Positions 1 through 8,687 of a stretch of DNA of 24,000 nucleotides are shown piece after piece. Under the pieces are notes generated by a model. It was given only the letters and a program-made list of their open reading frames with translations, searched no databases and was not told where the DNA came from. Made by a program: the position numbers and the translations under genes. Numbering within the stretch: the stretch's first letter is position 1; every line of letters begins with the position of its first letter. The stretch lies in the NCBI RefSeq assembly GCF_900637555.1, contig NZ_LR134378.1, positions 3,050,784 to 3,074,783 of the forward strand, given 5' to 3'. Source of the DNA: Lautropia mirabilis. GTDB taxonomy: Bacteria > Pseudomonadota > Gammaproteobacteria > Burkholderiales > Burkholderiaceae_E.

Positions 1-597
1 GAGGCCCAGCAATGGCAGCACCAGCAGCGCAACGACGAGGTTCTGCCAGAAAGCCACCTGGATGGCGTCCATGCCCCGATTGCCGCGACGGTTGCAGATG
101 GCCAGGCCGGCAAAGCTCAACCCCGAGGCCAGCCCCCACAGGAGCCCCGCGGTGCCCTGGTCGCCCACGTCGAACGAGGGCGTGACCAGCACCAGCCCCA
201 GGGTGACGAGCGCCAGCATCGTGCCCTCTGCCCGGCCAATGCGCTCGCCGAACAGCACGACGTCCAGCAGGGCGATGAAGGCCGGGAAGCTGGCGAAACC
301 CAGCGTGGCCACGGCGACGCCACCCACCTTGACGGCCAGAAAGAAGGTGATCCAGTGCATGGCCAGCAGCAGGCCGCTGACCAGCAGGATGCCGGCGCGA
401 TGCGAGCCCAGCCCCTGCAGCAGCGGCCTGCGCTGCACCAGGGCCAGCACCAGCAGCGCAGTTGCGGCGAACCCTGCCCTGCCGGCGGTGATGGCCACGG
501 CATCGAAACGGATGAGGGCCCCGAGGATGCCGGTGAGCCCGAAAAGCACGGCCGCCCCATGGGCGGCCGCGAGTGCGCTGACGTGCGGGTTCTTCAT
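1..597 (-). CDS. EamA/DMT-family membrane transporter, N-terminal part (gene runs off the window start)
   Basis: Manual minus-strand translation from ATG at 597-595 stays open in frame to position 1: MKNPHVSALAAAHGAAVLFGLTGILGALIRFDAVAITAGRAGFAATALLVLALVQRRPL...HWITFFLAVKVGGVAVATLGFASFPAFIALLDVVLFGERI... Multi-TM hydrophobic pattern typical of EamA repeats. Not in the ORF track because its stop codon lies outside the window. Confidence 0.7.
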   Translation of the reverse strand, partial: MKNPHVSALAAAHGAAVLFGLTGILGALIRFDAVAITAGRAGFAATALLVLALVQRRPLLQGLGSHRAGILLVSGLLLAMHWITFFLAVKVGGVAVATLGFASFPAFIALLDVVLFGERIGRAEGTMLALVTLGLVLVTPSFDVGDQGTAGLLWGLASGLSFAGLAICNRRGNRGMDAIQVAFWQNLVVALLVLPLLGL

Positions 598-641
598 GAC
601 CCGCTCATTGTCGGGGCTTGTCGGCGCTCAGGACACCCGGG

Positions 642-932
642 TCAACCCTGCCAGTGCACGCGATGAATCTGCAGCGTGCTGCAGGCATCCTGCAGCTTCT
701 TCACGCCCTCGATGAAATGGGCGGTCTTGTTGTGGGCATCAAGCGCCGCCTGATCCTTCCAGTGCTCGATGATGTAGGCTGTGACCCCGTCCTCGGCATA
801 AGCGGCGCCATAGGAGACGCAGCCGGCTTCCTGGCGGCTGGCCGCCACCAGCTCGGCCGTGGCCTGCTTCAGGCGGTCCAGGTGACCGGGCTTGACCTGC
901 AGCGTGACGACGAGATGGATGGGTTCGGACAT
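642..932 (-). CDS. Antibiotic-biosynthesis-monooxygenase (ABM) domain protein, YgiN-like putative quinol monooxygenase
   Basis: About 96 aa: MSEPIHLVVTLQVKPGHLDRLKQATAELVAASRQEAGCVSYGAAYAEDGVTAYIIEHWKDQAALDAHNKTAHF, a typical ABM ferredoxin-like fold sequence. ATG at 932 lies 8 nt after AGGGAGG; the track start at 941 is a GTG three codons upstream. Confidence 0.8.
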   Translation of the reverse strand: MSEPIHLVVTLQVKPGHLDRLKQATAELVAASRQEAGCVSYGAAYAEDGVTAYIIEHWKDQAALDAHNKTAHFIEGVKKLQDACSTLQIHRVHWQG

Positions 933-1164
933 TGGAGGCACCTCCCTGATTTCTGTTCTGTACAGTGCGGCCTATGTTACCGAAGCCGTCCCTGGACAGC
1001 CCGGCAATCCCGGACACCCCGGCCTGGCCTGGCCCGGCCCGGGACAGGACAGGACGGGACTGGGCCTTGGGGGCAGCCGTCTCCTTTTCGACGGTGGCGT
1101 CGTTGTGGATACGATAAAGAAGTTTTCATGATGAACGACGCCGGTGGTGATCATATAAGATCGC

Positions 1165-3054
1165 GTGATGATCACCCCGAGTTCTCCAGACCGTGGGAAC
1201 CGCGAAGGCGAGACGCCTGCCGGGCACGCAGAGTCAGCCCCCGTTCGACAACATCCTGCATCCTCCCGTTCCATCCCGGGCATGCGGCTTGACGCTGCCT
1301 GCCTGATCCATGCGCTGAGTCCGCTGCTCTGGATTCCCCAGGCCGCGCTGCTGGCGCTGGGTGTCGCCCGTCTGCAGTCAGGCGCGGGCCTGGCCGGTGT
1401 GGTGTGGCCAGCAGCGGGCATCGTCGTGGCCGGCCTGCTGCGCGCCTGGCTGGATGCCTGGAGCAGCACCCGGATGTTCGAGTCGGCACGTGAACGCCTG
1501 AGTCTCTGGCGGGAACGGGCCATCACCTCTCTGTCTGCGCGTTCGCCGCTGGATCGTTCCCGGCTGCATGCCGGCACGGCCGCCAGTGTGCTGGCCGAAC
1601 AGGCCGAGGCTATCCTGCCATGGCTGACGCGCTACCACGGTGCCATGTGGCGCGTGCGCCTGATGCCCCTGGTGATCCTGCTGCCCGTGGCGTGGTACAG
1701 CTGGGCCGCCGCGGCCGTGCTGATCACGGCAGCCCCGCTCATTCCGCTGTTCATGGTGCTGGTGGGCTGGCGCGCCCGGGCGGCCAGCGAGGCGCAATGG
1801 CTGCAGATGAGCAGCATGAACGCCTTCCTGCTGGATCGGCTGCGGGGGCTGCCCACGTTGCGTGCCCTGGGCAGCGTGCAGGCCACGGCCCGCCGGTTGC
1901 GTGCCAGTGCCGAAGACCTGCGCCAGCGCACGATGAAGGTGCTGCGCATTGCGTTCCTGTCTTCGGCGGTACTGGAGCTTTTCTCGGCGCTGGGCGTGGC
2001 GATGGTGGCGGCCTATGTGGGCTTTCACGTGCTGGGCTATCTGGAATTCGGTGCCTGGGGTGGCCGGCTCACACTGGGCGAAGGGCTTTTCATCCTGCTG
2101 CTGGCGCCCGCGTTCTTCGAGCCGCTGCGCGAACTGGCCGCGGTCTGGCATGACCGCGCCGCCGGCGTTGCCGCCATGGACGCCCTGGAGCGGCTGAACG
2201 GGAACGGCCTGCCGCTGCTGGATGAGGCCCATGCCGTTCGGCCTGACACCGGAGAGCCGGCAACGGATCCCCTTGCGTCCACCCGCCATGATCGACCGGC
2301 CCCCGAGGCGGTGAAGCCGGCATCGGTAAAAGCGGCATCGGCAAAAGCGGCATCAGTGAAACCGGCATCGGTGGATCCTGCATCACCCCAGCGTCCAGCC
2401 CCCAGTGTGCGGCTCACGGACCTGGGCTTCGCCTTTCCCGATGAGAAACCGGTGTTTCAAGGTTTCTCGCTGGCGGTGCGCCCCGGCGAGCACGTGGCCC
2501 TGGTGGGCGGCAGCGGCACGGGCAAGACGGTCCTGATGTCGCTGCTGGCAGGCCTGCTGGTTCCCACGGCGGGGCGCATCGAGATCGACGGCCAGACACT
2601 GGCTCCGGACACGGTCCGGGCACTGCGTGAACGCATGGCCTGGATGGGGCAGCGCGCCCACGTGTTTGCCGCCCCTGTGCGAGACAACATCGCGCTCGGC
2701 CGCCCAAGCGTCGATGACGAACGGGTGCGCCAGGCCATCACCAAGGCCCGGCTCGATACCGTGGCCCAGGCCCATCCGGGCATCTCGCTGGGCGAAGGCG
2801 GAACAGGCCTGTCGGGGGGCGAGGCCGCGCGTCTTGCGCTGGCGCGCCTGATGGCCGCACCTGAAGCCGACCTGCTGCTGGCCGACGAGCCCACGGCCCA
2901 CCTGGACAGTGAAACCGCCGATCAAGTGGCCGAGTCCCTGGTGACGCTGGCCCGGGGCCGCACGCTGATCGTGGCCACCCATGATCCCCGACTGGCCGCG
3001 CGCATGGACCGCATCGTGCAGTTGCCCTCCCCGGATCCGGAGACTGCGGCATGA
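1165..3054 (+). CDS. cydD: Thiol-reductant (cysteine/glutathione) ABC exporter subunit CydD
   Basis: Strong recalled similarity to E. coli CydD (TAAPLIPLFMVLVG, LDRLRGLPTLRA, LRIAFLSSAVLELFSALGVA, LLLAPAFFEPLRELA). Walker A GGSGTGKT, signature LSGGEAARL, Walker B LLLADEPTAHLD. Start uncertain: GTG 1165/ATG 1168 versus ATG 1282 (MRLDAAC...). Codons 1165-1281 have visibly lower third-position GC than the rest of the gene. Confidence 0.9.
   Translation: MMITPSSPDRGNREGETPAGHAESAPVRQHPASSRSIPGMRLDAACLIHALSPLLWIPQAALLALGVARLQSGAGLAGVVWPAAGIVVAGLLRAWLDAWSSTRMFESARERLSLWRERAITSLSARSPLDRSRLHAGTAASVLAEQAEAILPWLTRYHGAMWRVRLMPLVILLPVAWYSWAAAAVLITAAPLIPLFMVLVGWRARAASEAQWLQMSSMNAFLLDRLRGLPTLRALGSVQATARRLRASAEDLRQRTMKVLRIAFLSSAVLELFSALGVAMVAAYVGFHVLGYLEFGAWGGRLTLGEGLFILLLAPAFFEPLRELAAVWHDRAAGVAAMDALERLNGNGLPLLDEAHAVRPDTGEPATDPLASTRHDRPAPEAVKPASVKAASAKAASVKPASVDPASPQRPAPSVRLTDLGFAFPDEKPVFQGFSLAVRPGEHVALVGGSGTGKTVLMSLLAGLLVPTAGRIEIDGQTLAPDTVRALRERMAWMGQRAHVFAAPVRDNIALGRPSVDDERVRQAITKARLDTVAQAHPGISLGEGGTGLSGGEAARLALARLMAAPEADLLLADEPTAHLDSETADQVAESLVTLARGRTLIVATHDPRLAARMDRIVQLPSPDPETAA
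2311..2385 (+). repeat. In-frame 15-bp tandem repeat (5 units) inside the cydD TMD-NBD linker
   Basis: gtgaagccggcatcg / gtaaaagcggcatcg / gcaaaagcggcatca / gtgaaaccggcatcg / gtggatcctgcatca, encoding VKPAS VKAAS AKAAS VKPAS VDPAS. Confidence 0.9.
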
Positions 3055-4808
3055 CAGGAAAGGACGACCCGCTAACAGGGAAAGACGCCCCGGTGACCGA
3101 GAGGGACAGCGCGGCGAAGGATGGCATGGCCCATCGTTCCTCCCTGCCCGCCCTGAAGGCGATGTGCGACGGCGCGTCGACACGCATGAAATGGGGCGCC
3201 GCGCTGGCTGCCGTGACGGTGCTGGCCGGCATGGGCCTGCTGGGCCTGTCGGGATGGTTCATCACGGCAACCGCCATTGCCGGGCTGCAGCCCGCCACCG
3301 CGCTGGCCTTCGATGTCTTTGCGCCATCTGCCGGCATCCGGCTGCTGGCGCTGGGGCGCACCGTGTCCCGCTATGGCGAGCGGCTCGTCACCCATGACGC
3401 CACCCTGGCGGCGCTGGCGCAACTGCGCGAACGCCTCTTCCGCGGCTGGGCAGAGAGCACCAGCATCCAGGACCTGCTGCGCCGTCCGGCACGGGCCCTG
3501 TTCCGGCTGACCACGGACCTGGATGCGCTGGACGCCTTCTATCTTCGCCTGCTGGTGCCGGCCGCCGCGGCGCTGGGTGCGACGCTGCTGGCCACGGTCG
3601 TGGTCGGCGTGATGTCGCCCTGGCTCGGCCTCGCGCTGGGCGGCTGGATGCTGATCATCGGCCTGGCCGTGATCATCGTGTTGGCCCGCCGCTCGCGGCG
3701 CCCCGCCACACGGCGGGCCCTGCTCACGGAAAGGCTGCGCGCCCAGGCCGTGGACCTGGTGTCGGGCCAGACGGAACTGCTCATGGCCGGCCGGCTGGCC
3801 GCCCAGCGAGACACCCTGCGCCGCACGGATGAACGTCTGGCGCGCAGTGACCGTCGTCTGCAGCGACTGGACGCGAAAGCGGCCGCCATCCATGGTGTGG
3901 CCGGCAGCCTCACGCTGGCCCTGGTCCTGCTGGGTGTGGGCCTGCTGGCCGAACAGGGGCAGATCGGCACGCCGGAAGCAGCCCTGGCGCTACTGATTGC
4001 GCTGACGGCCATGGAACCCTTTGCGGCGCTGCGTCGGGGAGCACTCGAATCGGGCCGCGCCTGGCTGGCGGCTCGTCGGCTTTCCCCCCACTGCGCGCCG
4101 ACCGTTCAGCCCCCCGCCCAACGCCCTGACACGGGCTGTGCGATCATCGTGGATGACGTGTCGGTCCGTCATCCGGACAGCCCTGTGGATGCACTGACCG
4201 CACTGTCGCTGAAGCTGGCCGCGGGCGAACGGGTCGCCGTGGTCGGCCCCAGCGGCGCAGGCAAGTCGACACTGATGGCGCTGATCGCCGGAGAGCGCCA
4301 TCCGCACACCGGGCGCGTCCTGACGCAGCCCGGCGCCTGGCTGAACCAGCGTCCGGACCTGTTCCAGGACAGCCTGCGCGACAACCTGCGCCTGGCCGAC
4401 CCGGACGCGGACGACGCCGCACTGTGGCAGGCCCTGGAAGCAGCCGGTCTGGCGGACGCCATACGGCGCCTGCAGGCCGGGCTGGACACGCGACTGGGCG
4501 AAGGCGGCCTGGGGCTGTCGGCCGGCCAGGCCCGCCGCCTGGCGCTGGCCCGACTGCTGCTTCAGAAGCGCCCCCTGTGGCTGCTGGATGAGCCGACCGA
4601 GGGGCTGGATGCCGCCACGGCCGCCGATGTGCTGGCCCGACTGGACACGCTGGGCCAAGGGCGTGCATGGCTGATGGCCGCCCATCTGCGCCGCGAAGCG
4701 GCGCTGGCCGATCGCCTGCTGGTGCTGCGCAACGGCAGGCTCGAAGGTGAATTCCGGCGCGGCAGCGAGGGCTTCGAGGCCGCGCTGGCTGCGCTGAGAC
4801 CCGATTGA
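3051..4808 (+). CDS. cydC: Thiol-reductant ABC exporter subunit CydC
   Basis: ATGA start/stop overlap with cydD. CydC-like LSGWFITATAIAG, YGERLVTHDATL, Walker A GPSGAGKST, signature LSAGQARRLALARLLL, Walker B WLLDEPTEGLD. Alternative internal start ATG 3126 (MAHRSS...) is possible. Confidence 0.9.
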   Translation: MTGKDDPLTGKDAPVTERDSAAKDGMAHRSSLPALKAMCDGASTRMKWGAALAAVTVLAGMGLLGLSGWFITATAIAGLQPATALAFDVFAPSAGIRLLALGRTVSRYGERLVTHDATLAALAQLRERLFRGWAESTSIQDLLRRPARALFRLTTDLDALDAFYLRLLVPAAAALGATLLATVVVGVMSPWLGLALGGWMLIIGLAVIIVLARRSRRPATRRALLTERLRAQAVDLVSGQTELLMAGRLAAQRDTLRRTDERLARSDRRLQRLDAKAAAIHGVAGSLTLALVLLGVGLLAEQGQIGTPEAALALLIALTAMEPFAALRRGALESGRAWLAARRLSPHCAPTVQPPAQRPDTGCAIIVDDVSVRHPDSPVDALTALSLKLAAGERVAVVGPSGAGKSTLMALIAGERHPHTGRVLTQPGAWLNQRPDLFQDSLRDNLRLADPDADDAALWQALEAAGLADAIRRLQAGLDTRLGEGGLGLSAGQARRLALARLLLQKRPLWLLDEPTEGLDAATAADVLARLDTLGQGRAWLMAAHLRREAALADRLLVLRNGRLEGEFRRGSEGFEAALAALRPD

Positions 4809-4844
4809 TACACCATCCCGAAACCGAGAAGAGGAACCCCCAAC

Positions 4845-6428
4845 ATGGATGTCGACATCGTCAGCCTATCAAGGCTGCAATTTGCGCTGACAGCGCTCTA
4901 CCACTTCCTGTTCGTCCCGCTCACGCTGGGCCTGTCCATCCTGCTCGCCATCATGGAAACGGTTTACGTGATGACGGGGCGTTCCATCTGGCGTGACATG
5001 ACCCGGTTCTGGGGCACGCTCTTCGGCATCAACTTTGCCATGGGCGTGGCCACCGGCATCGTGATGGAGTTCCAGTTCGGCATGAACTGGAGCTACTACA
5101 GCCACTATGTCGGCGACATCTTCGGGGCGCCGCTGGCCCTGGAGGGGCTGATGGCCTTCTTCATGGAAGCGACCCTGGTGGGTCTCTTCTTCTTCGGCTG
5201 GGATCGGCTGTCCAAGGTCAAGCACCTGCTGGTGACCTGGGCGGTGGCCATCGGCTCGAACTTCTCGGCACTCTGGATCCTGATCGCCAACGGCTGGATG
5301 CAGAACCCGGTGGGCGCAGAGTTCAACCCGCAGACCATGCGGATGGAGATGAAGGACTTCTTTGCCGTCCTCACCAACCCCGTGGCACAGGCCAAGTTCG
5401 TGCACACGGTCTCGGCCGGTTATGTCGCAGCCGCCATCTTCGTGCTGGGCATCTCGGCCTGGTACGTGCTCAAGGGCCGGCACCTGCAGCTGGCCAAGCG
5501 CTCGATGACGGTGGCCGCATCGTTCGGTCTGGCCGCCTCGCTGTCGGTGGCGGTGCTGGGTGACGAAAGCGGCTACCTCACGACGGAACACCAGAAGATG
5601 AAACTGGCGGCCATCGAGGCCATCTGGGATACCGAGCCGGCCCCTGCCCCGTTCACGGCCTTCGGCTTTCCTGACCAGGAAGCCCGCGAGACGCACTATG
5701 CCGTGCACGTGCCCTGGGTCATGGGCCTGATCGGCACGCGCTCGCTCAACACGGAAATCCCCGGCATCAAGGATCTGGTCCAGCGCGCCGAGCACCACGT
5801 CCGCGACGGTCTGAAGGCCTATGACGCCCTGCAGAAGATCCGTGCCGCCAAGGGCAACCTCGACGCCAACGCGCCGGAGCGTGCCATCTTCGAGGAACAC
5901 GGCCATGCGCTGGGCTATGCACTGCTGCTCAAGCGTTATGTGGACGATCCCCGTCAGGCCACGCCCGAGCAGATCAGCCGCGCGGCCTGGGACACGGTGC
6001 CACAGGTGGCTCCGCTGTTCTTCTCGTTCCGTGCCATGGTGGGCGTGGGCCTGTTCCTGATCCTGCTGACCGCCACGTTCTTCTGGCTGTCGGCACGCCG
6101 CCGGCTGGATGCCTACCCGTGGCTGCTGCGGATTGCCGTGTTCGCCATCCCGCTGCCCTGGATCGCCATCGAGAGCGGCTGGCTCGTGGCCGAGCTGGGA
6201 CGCCAGCCCTGGGTCATCGAAGGGGTGCTGCCGACAGCCGTGGCCGTCTCGAACCTGGGCGCCTCCACCGTGCTCTTCACGATTGCCGGCTTCGTGGCGA
6301 TCTACACCGTCCTGCTGATCATCGAGATGAAGCTGATGTTCAAGGCCATCCGCAAGGGGCCGGAAGACCATCCGATCCCGCATGAAACTCAGCCCGGTGA
6401 AGCCAGCGCCCTGGCTTCCGCACAGTGA
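4845..6428 (+). CDS. cydA: Cytochrome bd ubiquinol oxidase subunit I
   Basis: MDVDIVSLSRLQFALTALYHFLFVPLTLGLSILLAIMET..., GWMQNPVG, GRQPWVIEGVLPT. Unmistakable CydA sequence. GAGGAA Shine-Dalgarno upstream. Confidence 0.97.
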   Translation: MDVDIVSLSRLQFALTALYHFLFVPLTLGLSILLAIMETVYVMTGRSIWRDMTRFWGTLFGINFAMGVATGIVMEFQFGMNWSYYSHYVGDIFGAPLALEGLMAFFMEATLVGLFFFGWDRLSKVKHLLVTWAVAIGSNFSALWILIANGWMQNPVGAEFNPQTMRMEMKDFFAVLTNPVAQAKFVHTVSAGYVAAAIFVLGISAWYVLKGRHLQLAKRSMTVAASFGLAASLSVAVLGDESGYLTTEHQKMKLAAIEAIWDTEPAPAPFTAFGFPDQEARETHYAVHVPWVMGLIGTRSLNTEIPGIKDLVQRAEHHVRDGLKAYDALQKIRAAKGNLDANAPERAIFEEHGHALGYALLLKRYVDDPRQATPEQISRAAWDTVPQVAPLFFSFRAMVGVGLFLILLTATFFWLSARRRLDAYPWLLRIAVFAIPLPWIAIESGWLVAELGRQPWVIEGVLPTAVAVSNLGASTVLFTIAGFVAIYTVLLIIEMKLMFKAIRKGPEDHPIPHETQPGEASALASAQ

Positions 6429-6447
6429 TACTGCAAGGAAAAGGAAC

Positions 6448-7602
6448 ATGATCCTCCACGAACTCGTCTCCTACGAAGTGCTGCGCGTGATCTGGTGGGC
6501 ACTGATGGGTGTGCTGCTGATCGGCTATGCGGTGACCGACGGCTTCGACCTGGGCATCGGCACGCTGCTGCCCTTCGTCGCACGCACCGATATCGAGCGC
6601 CGCACCGTCATCAACACCATCGGCCCCATCTGGGAAGGCAACCAGGTCTGGCTGATCCTGGGCGGCGGCGCCATCTTCGCCGCCTGGCCGCAGCTGTACG
6701 CGGTGTCGTTCTCGGGCTTCTACCTGGCCATGTTCGCCATCCTGTTCGCATTCATCCTGCGGCCGGTGGCCTTCAAGTTCCGCAGCAAGCGTGAAGACCC
6801 CGCCTGGCGCAGCCGCTGGGATGCCGTCCTGTTCATGGCCGGACTCCTGCCCTCGATCATCTTCGGAGTGGCCGTGGGCAACGTGCTGCAGGGCGTGCCC
6901 TTCCACATCGGGGAAGACATGCAGATCTTCTATGAAGGCACCTTCCTTGGTCTGCTCAACCCCTTCGGCCTGCTGTGCGGTCTGGTGTCGCTGGCCATGC
7001 TGGTGATGCACGGGGCGGCCTGGCTGCAGCTCAAGACCTCGGGCATCGTGGCCGAGCGCGCACGACGCTTCGGCATCGTGGCGGCCATCCTGACCGTGGT
7101 GCTGTACGCGGTGGCGGGCGTCGTGCTGGCCCATCTGGTGAACGGCTACGTCATCACCAGCAACCTGCCCACCGATGGGGTCTCGAACCCGCTGCTCAAG
7201 ACCGTGAGCACGCAGGCCGATGCCTGGTTTGCCAACTACGCGGCCCACCCGCTGCTGTGGGCGGTTCCGGCTGTGGGCCTGGCAGGTCCGCTGCTGGCGG
7301 CGCTGTGCCTGGCCGGTCGCCGGCCGCTGGCAGCCCTGCTAACCGGGGGCCTGGGCATTGCCGGCATCATCGGCAGTGTGGGGGCATCAATGTTCCCGTT
7401 CATCCTCCCGTCGTCCAGCATGCCTGCGGCAAGCCTGACGGTGTGGGACTCGTCCTCGAGCCACCTCACGCTGTTCATCATGCTCATTTCCGCGGCCATC
7501 TTCATGCCCATCATCCTGACCTACACGAGCTGGGTCTTCACGGTGCTGCGCGGCAAGGTGGACGCTGACGACATCCGGAAGGGCAAGGGCCATGCGTACT
7601 GA
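6448..7602 (+). CDS. cydB: Cytochrome bd ubiquinol oxidase subunit II
   Basis: MILHELVSYEVLRVIWWALMGVLLIGYAVTDGFDLGIGTLLPF...GPIWEGNQVWLILGGGAIFAAWP. ATG 6448 is preceded by AAGGAAAAGGA. The track ORF start at 6382 overlaps the cydA 3' end and is rejected. Confidence 0.95.
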   Translation: MILHELVSYEVLRVIWWALMGVLLIGYAVTDGFDLGIGTLLPFVARTDIERRTVINTIGPIWEGNQVWLILGGGAIFAAWPQLYAVSFSGFYLAMFAILFAFILRPVAFKFRSKREDPAWRSRWDAVLFMAGLLPSIIFGVAVGNVLQGVPFHIGEDMQIFYEGTFLGLLNPFGLLCGLVSLAMLVMHGAAWLQLKTSGIVAERARRFGIVAAILTVVLYAVAGVVLAHLVNGYVITSNLPTDGVSNPLLKTVSTQADAWFANYAAHPLLWAVPAVGLAGPLLAALCLAGRRPLAALLTGGLGIAGIIGSVGASMFPFILPSSSMPAASLTVWDSSSSHLTLFIMLISAAIFMPIILTYTSWVFTVLRGKVDADDIRKGKGHAY

Positions 7603-7653
7603 TCCCTGCTGCCTCACTCTCCCCCGCAACGTTCACCGATAAGGACACCGACC

Positions 7654-7785
7654 ATGTGGTATTTCGCCTGGATTCTGGGCCTGCCCCTGGCAGCCGCCTT
7701 TGCCGTGCTCAACGCAATGTGGTTCGAGCTGATGGAAGATGACGCCATCCGGCGTGACCGGCTGGAGCCGCACGAGAAACCGTGA
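7654..7785 (+). CDS. cydX: Cytochrome bd-I oxidase small subunit CydX (43 aa)
   Basis: Hand-translated: MWYFAWILGLPLAAAFAVLNAMWFELMEDDAIRRDRLEPHEKP*. The N-terminus matches E. coli CydX (MWYFAWILG...). Lies directly downstream of cydB, with AAGGA upstream. Too short to appear in the ORF track. Confidence 0.85.
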   Translation: MWYFAWILGLPLAAAFAVLNAMWFELMEDDAIRRDRLEPHEKP

Positions 7786-7793
7786 CGGCACCG

Positions 7794-7844
7794 GGTCCCG
7801 GCGCAGCCCTGTAGTGCGGGCAGCGCCGGGACCTTTCGTTTTCT
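7794..7844 (+). terminator. Rho-independent terminator of the cyd operon
   Basis: GGTCCCGGCGC (7794-7804) pairs with GCGCCGGGACC (7823-7833), followed by TTTCGTTTTCT. Confidence 0.7.
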
Positions 7845-8187
7845 GGCAGGACATGCGCGGGACAGGCCTTCATGGGCCTGCCCGGGCTTTGAAGGAGGTT
7901 CGGATGCCGCACAGGCTTCCGAAGTGATGCAGATCCTGCCGGTGTTGCGGGGCCGAGAAAGACAACGGAAATGGCCCGCACACGACGGCGGCGACACGTG
8001 ATGTCGCGCTTCATGCGGACGTTGCCAAGGAGACAGGGGGAGATGAGATGGGCGCCTGGCGCTGAAATGCGCTGGCTGCCGCGGCCGGGAACCGACCGGG
8101 ATGTCGACGGCTGTGGACCTTGGGGGTGCTGGCCATGGGCCAGTACGCCATGACCACCGACCCGGTGTTGCCACCGATGAAGGAATG

Positions 8188-8263
8188 TGGAGCGGGCGAC
8201 GAGCCTCGAACTCGCGACCTCAGGCTTGGGAAGCCGGCGCTCTACCAACTGAGCTACGCCCGC
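8188..8263 (-). tRNA. tRNA-Gly (anticodon CCC)
   Basis: Minus strand reads GCGGGCGTAGCTCAGTTGGTAGAGCGCCGGCTTCCCAAGCCTGAGGTCGCGAGTTCGAGGCTCGTCGCCCGCTCCA. It has a 7-bp acceptor stem, D-arm GCTC/GAGC, anticodon loop TTCCCAA, T-loop TTCGAGG and an encoded CCA. One C:U mismatch in the anticodon stem. Confidence 0.9.
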
Positions 8264-8272
8264 ATGGCGCGC

Positions 8273-8302
8273 ATTGTACGATGATTTCTGTCCGCCTGCC
8301 CA
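8273..8302 (-). promoter_or_regulatory. Candidate sigma70 promoter for tRNA-Gly
   Basis: On the minus strand, TGGGCA-N18-TACAAT, with the -10 ending 9 nt before the tRNA 5' end. Confidence 0.35.
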
Positions 8303-8687
8303 GCTGCACAGTGGCAAGCCGGCCGCGCCCTCCCCCGGTACATCCGACAGGCGGCTGTGGGCGACATCGTCCCCATCCGAGAAGCGTGGCGGGACAGAAG
8401 GCTGCGTGTCGTCAGATTTGCAACACTCCCCCGACGGTGGTCGGGCCGCCGGGCGGCGCCTGACGGGATCCGCATCGTCCTCCTTATCATGGAGGGTCTT
8501 GCGCACGTTGCGGGCGCATGCCGGCGACCTTCTCGCTGAACCGTGCGGGTCTTCCGCGCGACGCTCCCCGGTGCCCCTGTCGCGGGATACCGCGCAGGCC
8601 GCGGCCTTGCGGCTTCCCATCGGCTGTGCCGCTTCTTCATCGCCCCAGGCGCGCGCGCTCCCTTTCCCGGATTCTGCTTTCACCGTC

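Noticed and set aside
1000-1080. GC-rich ggcc/ggac-repetitive stretch in the ABM-cydD intergenic region (ccggcctggcctggcccggcccgggacaggacaggacggga).
   Set aside because: It is low-complexity sequence without clear periodicity, ORF or stable unique hairpin. It is probably compositional.
4869-6449. 526-aa ORF antisense to cydA. Similar long antisense or overlapping ORFs include 10016..11527 (-), 12642..13874 (-), 12806..13918 (-), 6340..7248 (-), 1378..2289 (-), 8637..9764 (-), 16085..17113 (-), 22274..23695 (+) and 20429..21376 (+).
   Set aside because: These are typical high-GC shadow ORFs. Their products are Arg/Gly/His/Pro/Gln-rich low-complexity sequence with no motifs. Each lies opposite a gene with unmistakable homology.
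7891-7927. Seven-codon mini-ORF MPHRLPK* with a near-perfect Shine-Dalgarno (GAAGGAGG, 5-nt spacer).
   Set aside because: There is no downstream plus-strand gene it could regulate; the next feature is a tRNA on the opposite strand. There is no attenuator-like structure, so this is likely chance.
8254-8640. Minus-strand ORF with TAAGGAGG close to an internal ATG (MRIPSGAARRPDHRRG...).
   Set aside because: It is Arg-rich junk sequence. The Shine-Dalgarno-to-ATG spacing is only about 3 nt, and the ORF runs into the tRNA gene.
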